A stretch of 38,218 nucleotides of DNA from Actinomycetota bacterium (lineage in GTDB: Bacteria > Actinomycetota > Thermoleophilia > Solirubrobacterales > Solirubrobacteraceae): NCBI GenBank assembly GCA_009699505.1, contig WLOB01000001.1, positions 1-38,218 on the forward strand. The letters are read 5' to 3'. A program made the position numbers and the translations under genes. Under the pieces are notes generated by a model. The model was given only the letters and a program-made list of their open reading frames with translations, had not been told where the DNA came from and searched no databases. Within the stretch, counting starts at the first letter, position 1; each line of letters opens with the position of its first letter. This document shows, in pieces, positions 25,452 to 34,033 of the stretch.

Positions 25452-26917
25452 GCCCCGCGACCGCCACGCCCGACCGCGTCTGCGTCATCGGCGCCGGGTC
25501 CTCCGGCATCGCCGCCTGCCAGTCGCTGGGTGCGACGGGCATCCCCTACGACTGCTTCGAGAAGGGCACGGAGGTCGGCGGCAACTGGCGCTACCGCAAC
25601 GACAACGGGCAGTCCGCGGCGTACCGCTCGCTGCACATCAACACCTCGCGGCGGGTCATGGAGTTCCGCGAGTACCCGATGCCCGACGACCTGCCGGACT
25701 TCCCGTCGCACTTCCAGATCGCGGCGTACTTCGACGACTACGTCGAGCACTTCGGGTTGCGGGAGCACATCCGCTTCGCCACCGAGGTCCTGCGCGTCGA
25801 GCCCGTCGGCGACGGCACGTGGGACGTCACGACCCGCCCGGTGTCGCCCGTCGCCCCGGATCCCGCGTCGACCGGTCCCGCGCCGGACCCCGAGCCCGCC
25901 GGCCCGGAGACGACCACCCGCTACCGCGCCGTCGTCGTCGCCAACGGGCACCACTGGGACCCGCGCTGGCCCGAGCCCGGCTTCCCCGGGCAGGACGACT
26001 TCGAGGGCGAGCTCATGCACGCCCACGCCTACGACACGGCCGACGTCGTGCGCGGCAGGCGGGTCCTCGTGCTGGGGATCGGCAACTCCGCGACGGACAT
26101 CGCCGTGGAGTCCTCGCGCATCGCCGAGCGGACGTTCCTCGCCATGCGCCGCAGCGCCTACGTCATCCCGAAGTACGTCTTCGGCACGCCGATGGACGAG
26201 CTGCAGGGCAGCCTGGCGTCCAAGGTCCACGTGCCCCTGGCGGTGCAGCGCGCGAGCGCCGGCTTCCTCCTGCGCCTGACCGTCGGCCGGATGACGGACT
26301 ACGGCCTGGCGGAGCCCGACCACAAGTTCCTCTCCGCGCACCCCACGGTGTCCTCCGAGCTGCTCGGCCGCATCGGGCACGGCGACATCGCGATCAGGCC
26401 GAACATCGAGGCGTTCGCCGGCGGGCGCACCGTCCGCTTCGTCGACGGCACCGAGGAGGAGCTCGACCTCGTCGTCTTCTGCACCGGCTACCGCATCCGG
26501 TTCCCGTTCCTCGACGAGTCCGTCGTCCCGACGCGGGACAACCACGTGCCGCTCTACCGCCGCGTCGTGGCACCCGACCGACCGGGGCTCTTCTTCGTCG
26601 GCCTCGTGCAGCCGATCGGCGCCGTCATGCCGCTGGCCGAGGCGCAGTCGCAGTGGATCGCCGCGCTCCTGACGGGGGAGACCGCGCTGCCGTCGCCCGG
26701 GGCGATGCACCGCGCGATCCAGGACGAGGAGGCCGCGATGGCCCGGCAGTACGTGGCGTCGAAGCGGCACACGATCCAGGTCGACTTCCACGACTACCTG
26801 CGGCTCCTGGCCCGCGAGCGGCGCCTGGGTCCCGCGGCCGCCGAGCCGGCCGGACCGCTCCGGCGGGTGCAGCGGGTCGCCCGGCGGGTCCGGACGCTGA
26901 CCGGGGCGGGCGCGTGA
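25448..26917 (+). CDS. Flavin-containing monooxygenase (FMO family)
   Basis: GAGSSG FAD site, GGNW, FMO fingerprint FEGELMHAHAY, GIGNS NADPH site, CTGY. ATGA overlap with the upstream gene. Confidence 0.94.
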   Translation: MSPATATPDRVCVIGAGSSGIAACQSLGATGIPYDCFEKGTEVGGNWRYRNDNGQSAAYRSLHINTSRRVMEFREYPMPDDLPDFPSHFQIAAYFDDYVEHFGLREHIRFATEVLRVEPVGDGTWDVTTRPVSPVAPDPASTGPAPDPEPAGPETTTRYRAVVVANGHHWDPRWPEPGFPGQDDFEGELMHAHAYDTADVVRGRRVLVLGIGNSATDIAVESSRIAERTFLAMRRSAYVIPKYVFGTPMDELQGSLASKVHVPLAVQRASAGFLLRLTVGRMTDYGLAEPDHKFLSAHPTVSSELLGRIGHGDIAIRPNIEAFAGGRTVRFVDGTEEELDLVVFCTGYRIRFPFLDESVVPTRDNHVPLYRRVVAPDRPGLFFVGLVQPIGAVMPLAEAQSQWIAALLTGETALPSPGAMHRAIQDEEAAMARQYVASKRHTIQVDFHDYLRLLARERRLGPAAAEPAGPLRRVQRVARRVRTLTGAGA

Positions 26918-26984
26918 GCCGCCGGACGGCCGGGGCCGGGCGCCCCGCCGGCCGGGCGACCGCCACCTCGACCCGGGGCGCCTC

Positions 26985-27935
26985 GTGATCGGCCGCCGGT
27001 CCGGCCCGACCTCGGGCACCGCGGTCGTCACGGGCGGGGGCGCGGGGCTCGGGGCGGCGATCGCCGTCCGGCTGGCGGCGCGCGGCCTGCGCGTGGTGGC
27101 CGCCGACATCGACCTCGCCGCGGCGGAGCGCACCGCGGAGCGGGTCGGCGGCGTCGCCCACCGCCTCGACGTCGCCGACGCCGAGGCCTGCCGCGCGCTC
27201 GTCGCGGGCACGCCCGACCTCGCCGTCTGGGTGAACAACGCGGGCATCCTCGCCACGGGCCCGGGCTGGTCGACGGACGAGGCGACCCGCCGCCGGATGT
27301 TCGACGTCAACGTGCACGGCCTGATCAACGGGACGACGGCGGCGCTCGAGGCCTTCCGCCCGGCCGGCCGCGGCCACGTGGTCAACGTCGTGTCGCTCGC
27401 GGGTCTCGTGCCCGCGCCCGACGAGACGGTCTACGGCGCCACGAAGCACGCGGCGCTCGCGTTCTCCGTCGGCACGCAGCTCGACCTGGTGCGCCGGAAG
27501 GAGAAGGGCGTGCGGATCAGCGCCCTCTGCCCCGACGGCATCTGGACCCCGATGCTCTTCGATCACGTCGACGACCCGGACGCGTGGCCCTCGTGGGCGG
27601 GGACGATGCTGCAGCCCGACGACGTCGCCGCCGCGGCCGTCGCGCTGCTGGACCGTCCGGCGCCGGTGCGGTCGGTCCCGCGCGCGCGGGGTGCCCTCGC
27701 CCGGCTCTACGCCGCCACGCCGGGCCTCTCGGCGCACGGCCTGCGCGCGGTCGTGTGGCGCGCGCACCGCAAGCAGCGGGCGTGGGCGACCGAGAACGCG
27801 CGGCCGGCGGTCGCTCCCGTGCCTCCGGCGGCCGCGCCCGGGCCGAAGGCTGCGGCCGTGCCGGGAACCGCGGCCGTGCCGGGGACCCCGGCCGCCGCGT
27901 CCTCGACCGACCCGACCGGGACCCCGGATGCCTGA
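26985..27935 (+). CDS. SDR family oxidoreductase
   Basis: TGGGAGLG, NNAG, YGATK; low-complexity Pro/Ala C-terminal tail. Confidence 0.9.
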   Translation: MIGRRSGPTSGTAVVTGGGAGLGAAIAVRLAARGLRVVAADIDLAAAERTAERVGGVAHRLDVADAEACRALVAGTPDLAVWVNNAGILATGPGWSTDEATRRRMFDVNVHGLINGTTAALEAFRPAGRGHVVNVVSLAGLVPAPDETVYGATKHAALAFSVGTQLDLVRRKEKGVRISALCPDGIWTPMLFDHVDDPDAWPSWAGTMLQPDDVAAAAVALLDRPAPVRSVPRARGALARLYAATPGLSAHGLRAVVWRAHRKQRAWATENARPAVAPVPPAAAPGPKAAAVPGTAAVPGTPAAASSTDPTGTPDA

Positions 27936-28962
27936 GCCCGCCCGTCCCGCCGCGGCGTCGTCCACGCCGACGTCCCCGATGCCGGAGTCCCCCGTCCGCC
28001 GCGTCCTGATCACCGGGGCGCTCGGCTTCATCGGCCGGGCCGTCGCCGACCGCCTGACTGCCGACGGGATCGAGGTCGTGGGCGTGGACCGCCAGGCCGA
28101 CCCGGCGCGGGGCGTCGTCGCGGGCGACACGACCGACCCGGGTCCGTGGGCGGCCGCGCTGGCCGGCTGCGACGTCGTCCTGCACACCGCCGCCGTCGTC
28201 TCGAACGCGGTCGACACGGACGAGCAGTGGCGGATCAACGTGCTCGGCACCCGCCGCGTCGTCGAGGCCGCGCGCGACGCCGGGGTGCGGCGGATCGTCC
28301 ACCTCTCGTCGATCCGCGCGTTCTCGGACCTCGGCTTCCCCGACGGCGTGACCGAGGACCACCCGGTCCGCCCGGACGGCAACCCGTACGTCGACACGAA
28401 GATCGCTTCGGAGCAGGTCGTCCTGCAGGCGCACGCGGCGGGCGAGATCGAGACGGTCGTCGTCCGGCCCGGCGACGTGTACGGCCCGGGCTCGCGCCCG
28501 TGGGTGCTCCTGCCGCTCGAGGCCATCCGCTCCCGGCAGTTCCTCCTGCCGGCCATGGGACGGGGGATCCACAGCCCCGTCTACGTCGACGACCTCGTCG
28601 CGGGCCTCGTCCTGTGCGCCACCCGTCCCGAGGCGGCGGGCCAGGTCCTCACGATCGCCGGTCCGCGCGGCGTGCGCTGCGACGAGTACTTCGGCCACCT
28701 CTACCGGATGCTCGGCCGCCGCGGACCGCTCGGCCTGCCGACGCCGGTGGCCGTCGCCCTGGCGGACGCGGCGGACCGCGCCGGCCGGGTCCGCGGCCGG
28801 CGCACCGAGGTCAACGCGATCTCGATGCGCTACCTCGGCCGCACCGGCACCTACTCCATCGAGAAGGCGCGCCGGCTCCTCGGGTACGACCCGCGGGTCG
28901 ATCTGGACGAGGGGATGGCCCGGACGGAGGAGTGGCTGCGGGCGGAGGGGCTGCTGGGCTGA
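27928..28962 (+). CDS. NAD-dependent epimerase/dehydratase (extended SDR, 3-beta-HSD-like)
   Basis: LITGALGFIG, HTAA, HLSS, YVDTK and RPGDVYGPG motifs; overlaps the upstream stop. Confidence 0.9.
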   Translation: MPEPARPAAASSTPTSPMPESPVRRVLITGALGFIGRAVADRLTADGIEVVGVDRQADPARGVVAGDTTDPGPWAAALAGCDVVLHTAAVVSNAVDTDEQWRINVLGTRRVVEAARDAGVRRIVHLSSIRAFSDLGFPDGVTEDHPVRPDGNPYVDTKIASEQVVLQAHAAGEIETVVVRPGDVYGPGSRPWVLLPLEAIRSRQFLLPAMGRGIHSPVYVDDLVAGLVLCATRPEAAGQVLTIAGPRGVRCDEYFGHLYRMLGRRGPLGLPTPVAVALADAADRAGRVRGRRTEVNAISMRYLGRTGTYSIEKARRLLGYDPRVDLDEGMARTEEWLRAEGLLG

Positions 28963-29008
28963 GCGGCCGCGCCGTCCCGGCCGGGAGCCCGCAGCGACGG
29001 GCGCCCAG

Positions 29009-29065
29009 CTGGATCGGTGTCGTAGTTCGCCGCCGCCGGGAGCGCGAAGTACGACACCGATCCAG
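29009..29065. repeat. Long inverted repeat hairpin (REP-like or bidirectional terminator)
   Basis: ctggatcggtgtcgta (29009-29024) pairs perfectly with tacgacaccgatccag (29050-29065); then a G/G mismatch, inner ttcgc/gcgaa stem and 13-nt loop. Lies between convergent genes. Confidence 0.8.
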
Positions 29066-29199
29066 ACCCGGCGGCCCGAGGGGGTCGGGCTTGCACGGCC
29101 GCGATGCCCCGCGCGGCGTGCCGCCCCGCCTGCCGGACCCACGCGCACGGTGTCGCGGCTCCGCCGCACGCCCGGCCACGAAGGCCCCGTCCCCGGCCG

Positions 29200-30468
29200 T
29201 CACCCCCCGGCGACGACCGCCCCGCGCCGGCGCGCCGACCACCCGAACCACGCCCACGAGGCGAGGCTCGTCGCCGCGATGCCGCCGCCCAGGAGGCAGA
29301 CGGCGTCCCAGCCGCCCGCGCCCCACACGATCGACGCCGCGGTCGAGCCGCTGACGCCGCCCAGGAAGTAGGCCACCATGTACGCCGTCGTGATCCGGCT
29401 GCGGGCGTCGGGGCGCAGGGCGTAGATCGTGCTCTGGTTCGTGATCTGCAGGCCCTGGACGGCGAAGTCGAGGACGACGATCCCCAGGACGAGCGCGACG
29501 ACGTGCGTGCCCCCGAGGTCGAGCAGCACCCACGAGCCCAGCAGCGTGACGAGCGCGCCCGTGGTGGCGGCCCGGCCGTGGCCCGCGTCGCTGACCCGTC
29601 CCGCGACGGGCGCCATGAGCGCGCCCGCCAGGCCGGCCAGACCGAAGAGCCCGATCACGCCGTCGCCGTAGCCGTAGGGCTCGCGCGCGAGGAGGAACGC
29701 CACGGCGGTCCACAGGACGCTGAAGATCGCCATGCCGGTCGCGCCGAGCCACATCCGGCGGCGCAGCTCGGGCTCCTCCCCGATCAGCGCGAGCACGGAG
29801 CGCAGCAGCCGGCGGTAGCGGACGCGGCCCGGCACGCCGTGGTCCGGGCCGACCGGCGGCGGGGCGACGGGGAGGGAGCGCCAGAGGACGGCGGCGAGCA
29901 GGAGCATGGCGGCCGCGGCGACGCCGAAGACGAGGCGGAAGCCGCCGAGCTCCGAGAGCAGCCCGGAGAGCGTGCGGGCCAGGAGGATGCCGACGAGCAG
30001 GCCGCTCATGACGGTGCCGACGATCCGGCCGCGCTCCTCCTCGCCGGCCATGGAGGACGCGAGCGGCACGACGACCTGCGCGACCGCGGAGGCCACCCCG
30101 ACCGCCGCCAGCGACGCGGCCAGCACGGCGAAGGTCGGCGCGACGGTGCTCACGACCTGCGCGGCCGCCGCGACCACGAGCAGGCCGACCACGAGCCGCC
30201 GCCGCTCGAGCAGGTCGCCGAGCGGCACGAGGAACGCCAGGCCCAGGACGTAGCCGACCTGCCCGGCGGTCACGAGCAGGCCCGCGGTCGACTCGCCGAC
30301 CCCGAACGCCCGGGCGATCGTGTCGAGCAGCGGCTGGGCGACGTAGAGGTTCGTCACCGCCACGCCGCAGGTGACGGCGAGCAGGACGACGAGCCGGCGC
30401 TCCATCCGCCCGCCCGGAGCGGGGGAGAGGTCCGCGGCGGCGGGGGGCTCGGGGGTCGCGGTGCTCAC
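29200..30468 (-). CDS. MFS transporter
   Basis: About 12 TM; NLYVAQPLL, PLGDLLERRR (motif A) and GILLARTLSG. Confidence 0.93.
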   Translation of the reverse strand: MSTATPEPPAAADLSPAPGGRMERRLVVLLAVTCGVAVTNLYVAQPLLDTIARAFGVGESTAGLLVTAGQVGYVLGLAFLVPLGDLLERRRLVVGLLVVAAAAQVVSTVAPTFAVLAASLAAVGVASAVAQVVVPLASSMAGEEERGRIVGTVMSGLLVGILLARTLSGLLSELGGFRLVFGVAAAAMLLLAAVLWRSLPVAPPPVGPDHGVPGRVRYRRLLRSVLALIGEEPELRRRMWLGATGMAIFSVLWTAVAFLLAREPYGYGDGVIGLFGLAGLAGALMAPVAGRVSDAGHGRAATTGALVTLLGSWVLLDLGGTHVVALVLGIVVLDFAVQGLQITNQSTIYALRPDARSRITTAYMVAYFLGGVSGSTAASIVWGAGGWDAVCLLGGGIAATSLASWAWFGWSARRRGAVVAGG

Positions 30469-30528
30469 CCGACGATGGTTGCAGGGCGCAACCTCGGGCG
30501 GTCGCGACGCGCGCCGGGCGCCCGCCGC

Positions 30529-31530
30529 TCAGCGCGCCCGCACGCCGAGCGCTCGGAACCCGCGGTTCAGGAGCGCCTCGGCCTGCCGCGCGATGTCCGG
30601 CGTGTTCAGCAGCACGACGACGAGCCGGTGCCCGCCGCGCTCCGCGGCGCCGACGAACGTCTTGCCGGCGGCGTTCGTGAACCCGGTCTTCAGGCCGAGC
30701 GTCCCGGGGAAGCCCTGCTTGAGCAGCGGGTTGTGGTTCTGGAGGAACAGCCGGCGGCCCTTGATCGGGAAGGGCCGCACCGCCTGGGCGGTGGCGACGA
30801 TCTTCGCCAGGCGCGGCTGGTCGAGGACCGCACGGCCGAGGACCGCGAGGTCCGTCGCGCACGAGCGGTTGCGCGCCTGGCGCTGCGTGCGGGTCTCCTC
30901 GAACCCGCTGGGCGAGTCGAACGTCGTGCAGGTCAGGCCGAGCGCCCGGGCCTGCGCGTTCATCATTCCGACGAACCCGTCGACGGTGCCGCCGACGTGC
31001 TCGGCCAGGGCGACCGCGGCGTCGTTGCCCGAGGCCAGCAGCAGGCCGTACTGCATCGTCTCGAGCTGGACCTTCTTGTAGAGCGGCAGCAGCCCGACGC
31101 GGGAGCCCTGCGCGGCGACCGCCCGGCGCGAGATCCGCACCCGCTCCGTGGGCCGGCTGTTGCCGTTCACCACCAGCGCGGTCATGAGCTTCGTGACGCT
31201 GGCGATCGGCAGGGACCGGTTCGCGGCGTGCGCCCAGAGGATCTTCCCCGTGTCGAGGTCGGCGACGAGGCCGGCGCGCGGCTGCTCGCGCAGCGGGTTG
31301 ACGAAGCCGGGCGCGGTGACCTCGCGCGTCGCGGCCCCCAGCTTGAGCGGGACGGCGAGCGGGGCGACGGCGGGTGGCCCGTTGATGCCCTGCAGCGGGG
31401 TGCGGCCGACGGTCGGGGCGTCCTCGCCGTCGGGTCCGGATCCCGCCTGCGCGGTCGCTCCGCCGCCACCGCAGCCGGCGATGACCGCACCCAGGACGAG
31501 CACGGCGAGGAGGAGGGCCACACGCCTCAC
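30529..31530 (-). CDS. D-alanyl-D-alanine carboxypeptidase (peptidase S11), lipoprotein
   Basis: SxxK (ASVTK), SxN (SGNDA), KTG (LKTGFT), lipobox IAGC. Start GTG 31530 or ATG 31542. Confidence 0.92.
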   Translation of the reverse strand: MRRVALLLAVLVLGAVIAGCGGGGATAQAGSGPDGEDAPTVGRTPLQGINGPPAVAPLAVPLKLGAATREVTAPGFVNPLREQPRAGLVADLDTGKILWAHAANRSLPIASVTKLMTALVVNGNSRPTERVRISRRAVAAQGSRVGLLPLYKKVQLETMQYGLLLASGNDAAVALAEHVGGTVDGFVGMMNAQARALGLTCTTFDSPSGFEETRTQRQARNRSCATDLAVLGRAVLDQPRLAKIVATAQAVRPFPIKGRRLFLQNHNPLLKQGFPGTLGLKTGFTNAAGKTFVGAAERGGHRLVVVLLNTPDIARQAEALLNRGFRALGVRAR

Positions 31531-31646
31531 GGACGAGAGCATGCCCGACCCGCCCGACGGCGGCGCCGGGTGCAGGCCCGCGTTCACCGCGCCCCCGTCC
31601 GCGGCGCGGTCCCGACGCGCCGGGACGCGCCGTCCGGCCCGGCGGC

Positions 31647-33176
31647 TCAGCCGCCGCGGTACGGCGTGAGGCTGCGCGCGATGGCGCGCATCTCGCCGTT
31701 CGTGAGGCTGTTCTTCAGGCTGTTGTTGACCCAGTAGGTGCCGTTCGGGGTCTTCCACACCAGGCGGCGGATGCGGGCGCCGTCGTACTCGATGCGGAAC
31801 GTGCGGCCCGCCAGGCGGACCTCGTCCGTGGTCATGTCGAGCACCGGCGGGTCCTTCCAGGAGGTGCCCTGGATGCCGTAGTACTGGCCGATGCCGCCCC
31901 GGGAGCCGTCCACCGCGACGACGAGGCGGTAGCCCTGCCACGGGAACGCGCGCCCGCCGGCGGAGGCGATCTCGTAGCCGCGCGACTCGTTGTCGCGGTA
32001 GACCGCCCCGTTCTGCACGAGCCGGGGCACGTAGATCGGCGCGGCGGTGAAGTCGCGGTCGATGCCGGAGTTGACGACGTTGGTCCGCGCGGCGGCCAGG
32101 CCGTCGCCGAGCGTCGCCGGCGTCTTGGGCCGCTTGGCCCGGCGCTTGCGACCGCTCGCGGTGCGGGTCGGCTCGGCGTCGTTGTCGGACGACTTGACCT
32201 TGCGCGGCGAGCCGGGGTGGAGGAACTGCCGCGCGGCCTTCGCCAGCCCGGCGGGCGTCGTCTGGAGCGCCCCCTCCTTCGTGTCCGTCGTGTCGAGCTG
32301 GATCCGCTTCGTCGGGTTGCCGACGACGCCGAGGCCGAGCTTCACGACGCCGAGGAGGCCGCGCGAGGTGCGGATGTCGGTGTCGACGAACTTCAGGATC
32401 GTCTTGGCCAGCCGGTTGCCCTCGAAGATGAGCTTCGACGTGGCGATCTGGCCGCGCGCCTCGGAGAGGTAGTGCTGCTGGCGCGCCTCGCGGACGACGT
32501 CGTTGTCGAGGTGGCGGAAGCGCACGTAGTCGAGCGAGTCCTCGCCGCAGAGGCGCTGGTAGCCGGCCTTCACGTCGATCGCCGCGTAGGGCTTCGTGTC
32601 GCCCACGGGCGGGTTGTTGTCGTTGAAGTAGCGCCGGTCGACGTCGGTGTAGAAGCAGCCGAACGCGTTGACGGCGGCGGAGAACGCGGTGAAGCGGATG
32701 GAGACGTAGTGGTGGATCTCGAACGTCTCCTGCGGCGTCGAGAGCAGCTCCTTCAGCCGGTCGATGAGCTTGTCCGGGCCCCCGGCGAAGGCGGCGTTCA
32801 GGCGGACGTTCGACCCGCCGGCGACGATCAGGTCGCGCGGCAGCGACAGCATCGAGGTGACCTTCGCGTCGCTGTCGAGGCGGACGAGGATCATCGTGTC
32901 GGAGCGCTGGCCGCTCTCCTCGCCCTTGCGGGCGTCGTCGCCCACGAGCAGCATGGTCTGCGGCTTGCCGGGCTCGACGTCGTCCAGCGCCTCCTTGGCC
33001 TTCGCGGTCGCCGCGGTCTGCTCGGGCAGCGCGCCCACGATGATGTCCGACTCGCGCTTGATCGTCGTCGCGACGGCGACGCCGGCGACGGTCAGGACGA
33101 TCACGCACGCCAGCAGGATGCGCAGCGCGAACTGCGTGCCGGGGCGGGGCGGGCGAAGGTCGGACGGGACGCTCAT
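31647..33176 (-). CDS. LCP (LytR-CpsA-Psr) family protein
   Basis: Single TM; LLVGDD, RSDTMILVR, SLPRD, LNAA, YVRFRH..ND..R..RQQ motifs; C-terminal extension. Confidence 0.92.
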   Translation of the reverse strand: MSVPSDLRPPRPGTQFALRILLACVIVLTVAGVAVATTIKRESDIIVGALPEQTAATAKAKEALDDVEPGKPQTMLLVGDDARKGEESGQRSDTMILVRLDSDAKVTSMLSLPRDLIVAGGSNVRLNAAFAGGPDKLIDRLKELLSTPQETFEIHHYVSIRFTAFSAAVNAFGCFYTDVDRRYFNDNNPPVGDTKPYAAIDVKAGYQRLCGEDSLDYVRFRHLDNDVVREARQQHYLSEARGQIATSKLIFEGNRLAKTILKFVDTDIRTSRGLLGVVKLGLGVVGNPTKRIQLDTTDTKEGALQTTPAGLAKAARQFLHPGSPRKVKSSDNDAEPTRTASGRKRRAKRPKTPATLGDGLAAARTNVVNSGIDRDFTAAPIYVPRLVQNGAVYRDNESRGYEIASAGGRAFPWQGYRLVVAVDGSRGGIGQYYGIQGTSWKDPPVLDMTTDEVRLAGRTFRIEYDGARIRRLVWKTPNGTYWVNNSLKNSLTNGEMRAIARSLTPYRGG

Positions 33177-33361
33177 GGGCGGGGGGCCTCCGGGGCCGGG
33201 CCGGTGGCCGTGGGAGCGGCCGGGGCGGGGCGCGTGCGCACCCGCGCGGACGCAGGGGCCCGCGAGTCCAAGGACGGTAGCGCACCCTCCCGCGCCCGCG
33301 TGCAGGTCGGCGACCGGGCGGACGGGACCCCTCCGGCGGTCGTCGCGCCGGGCCGCGCGGA

Positions 33362-33566
33362 CCGCGCCACCTCCCGGACGGGCGCGTCGCCAACCCAGCC
33401 ACCCCGGCCGCGCCGCCCGCCGGCGGCCGCGTCGCCACCCCGGCGACCCCGGCCGCGCCACCCACCCGACGGGCGCGTCGCCACCCCGATGACCCACCTC
33501 GCGCCACCCACCCGACGGGCGCGTCGCCACCCCGGCGACGCCCGCCGCGCCACCTCCCGGACGGGC
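33362..33566 (+). repeat. Intergenic tandem repeat, about 4.5 x 45-46 bp
   Basis: Units start at 33362, 33408, 33453, 33499 and 33545; consensus approximately CCGCGCCACCyaCCcGACGGGCGCGTCGCCACCCCGGCGACCCCGG. Confidence 0.85.
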
Positions 33567-33616
33567 CCGCGGCGCCCACGTCGCGAGGGCGGGCCGCGAC
33601 CGCTAGGTTCGGCGCC

Positions 33617-34033
33617 ATGACGACCGATCGCGGCCACGTGGCGCGGGTCCCCATCCTGCTGCGCAACCGGGACATGGACACGCTGGGGCACCTCAACCAG
33701 AGCCTCTACCACGTGTTCATCGAGGAGGCGCGGACCGCCGTGGTCCTCGAGCTGCTCGGCAAGGGGGTCGTGGACTACGTCCTCGCGCGCGTGGAGCTCG
33801 ACCACCTCGAGGAGGTCCGCCTGCACGACCGGGAGGTGGCCGCCGAGTCGTGGATCGAGCGGGTCGGGACGAAGAGCCTGAGCATCGGCTCGCGCGTCGT
33901 GAAGCTCGACGGCACCGTCGTGGCGCAGGGCACCACCGTCCTCGTGGCGTGGGACCCGGAGGCCCGCGGGTCGCGCACGATCGGCGACGAGGAGCGGGCG
34001 GCGCTGCTCGCCGGCCTGCCGGACGCGTCGTGA
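33617..34033 (+). CDS. Acyl-CoA thioesterase (4HBT/hotdog fold)
   Basis: RNRDMDTLGHLNQSLY..FIEEAR and RVGTKS motifs. Confidence 0.9.
   Translation: MTTDRGHVARVPILLRNRDMDTLGHLNQSLYHVFIEEARTAVVLELLGKGVVDYVLARVELDHLEEVRLHDREVAAESWIERVGTKSLSIGSRVVKLDGTVVAQGTTVLVAWDPEARGSRTIGDEERAALLAGLPDAS

Noticed and set aside
33362-33566. Possible CRISPR array
   Set aside because: Units are contiguous and degenerate with no unique spacers, and there are no cas genes.
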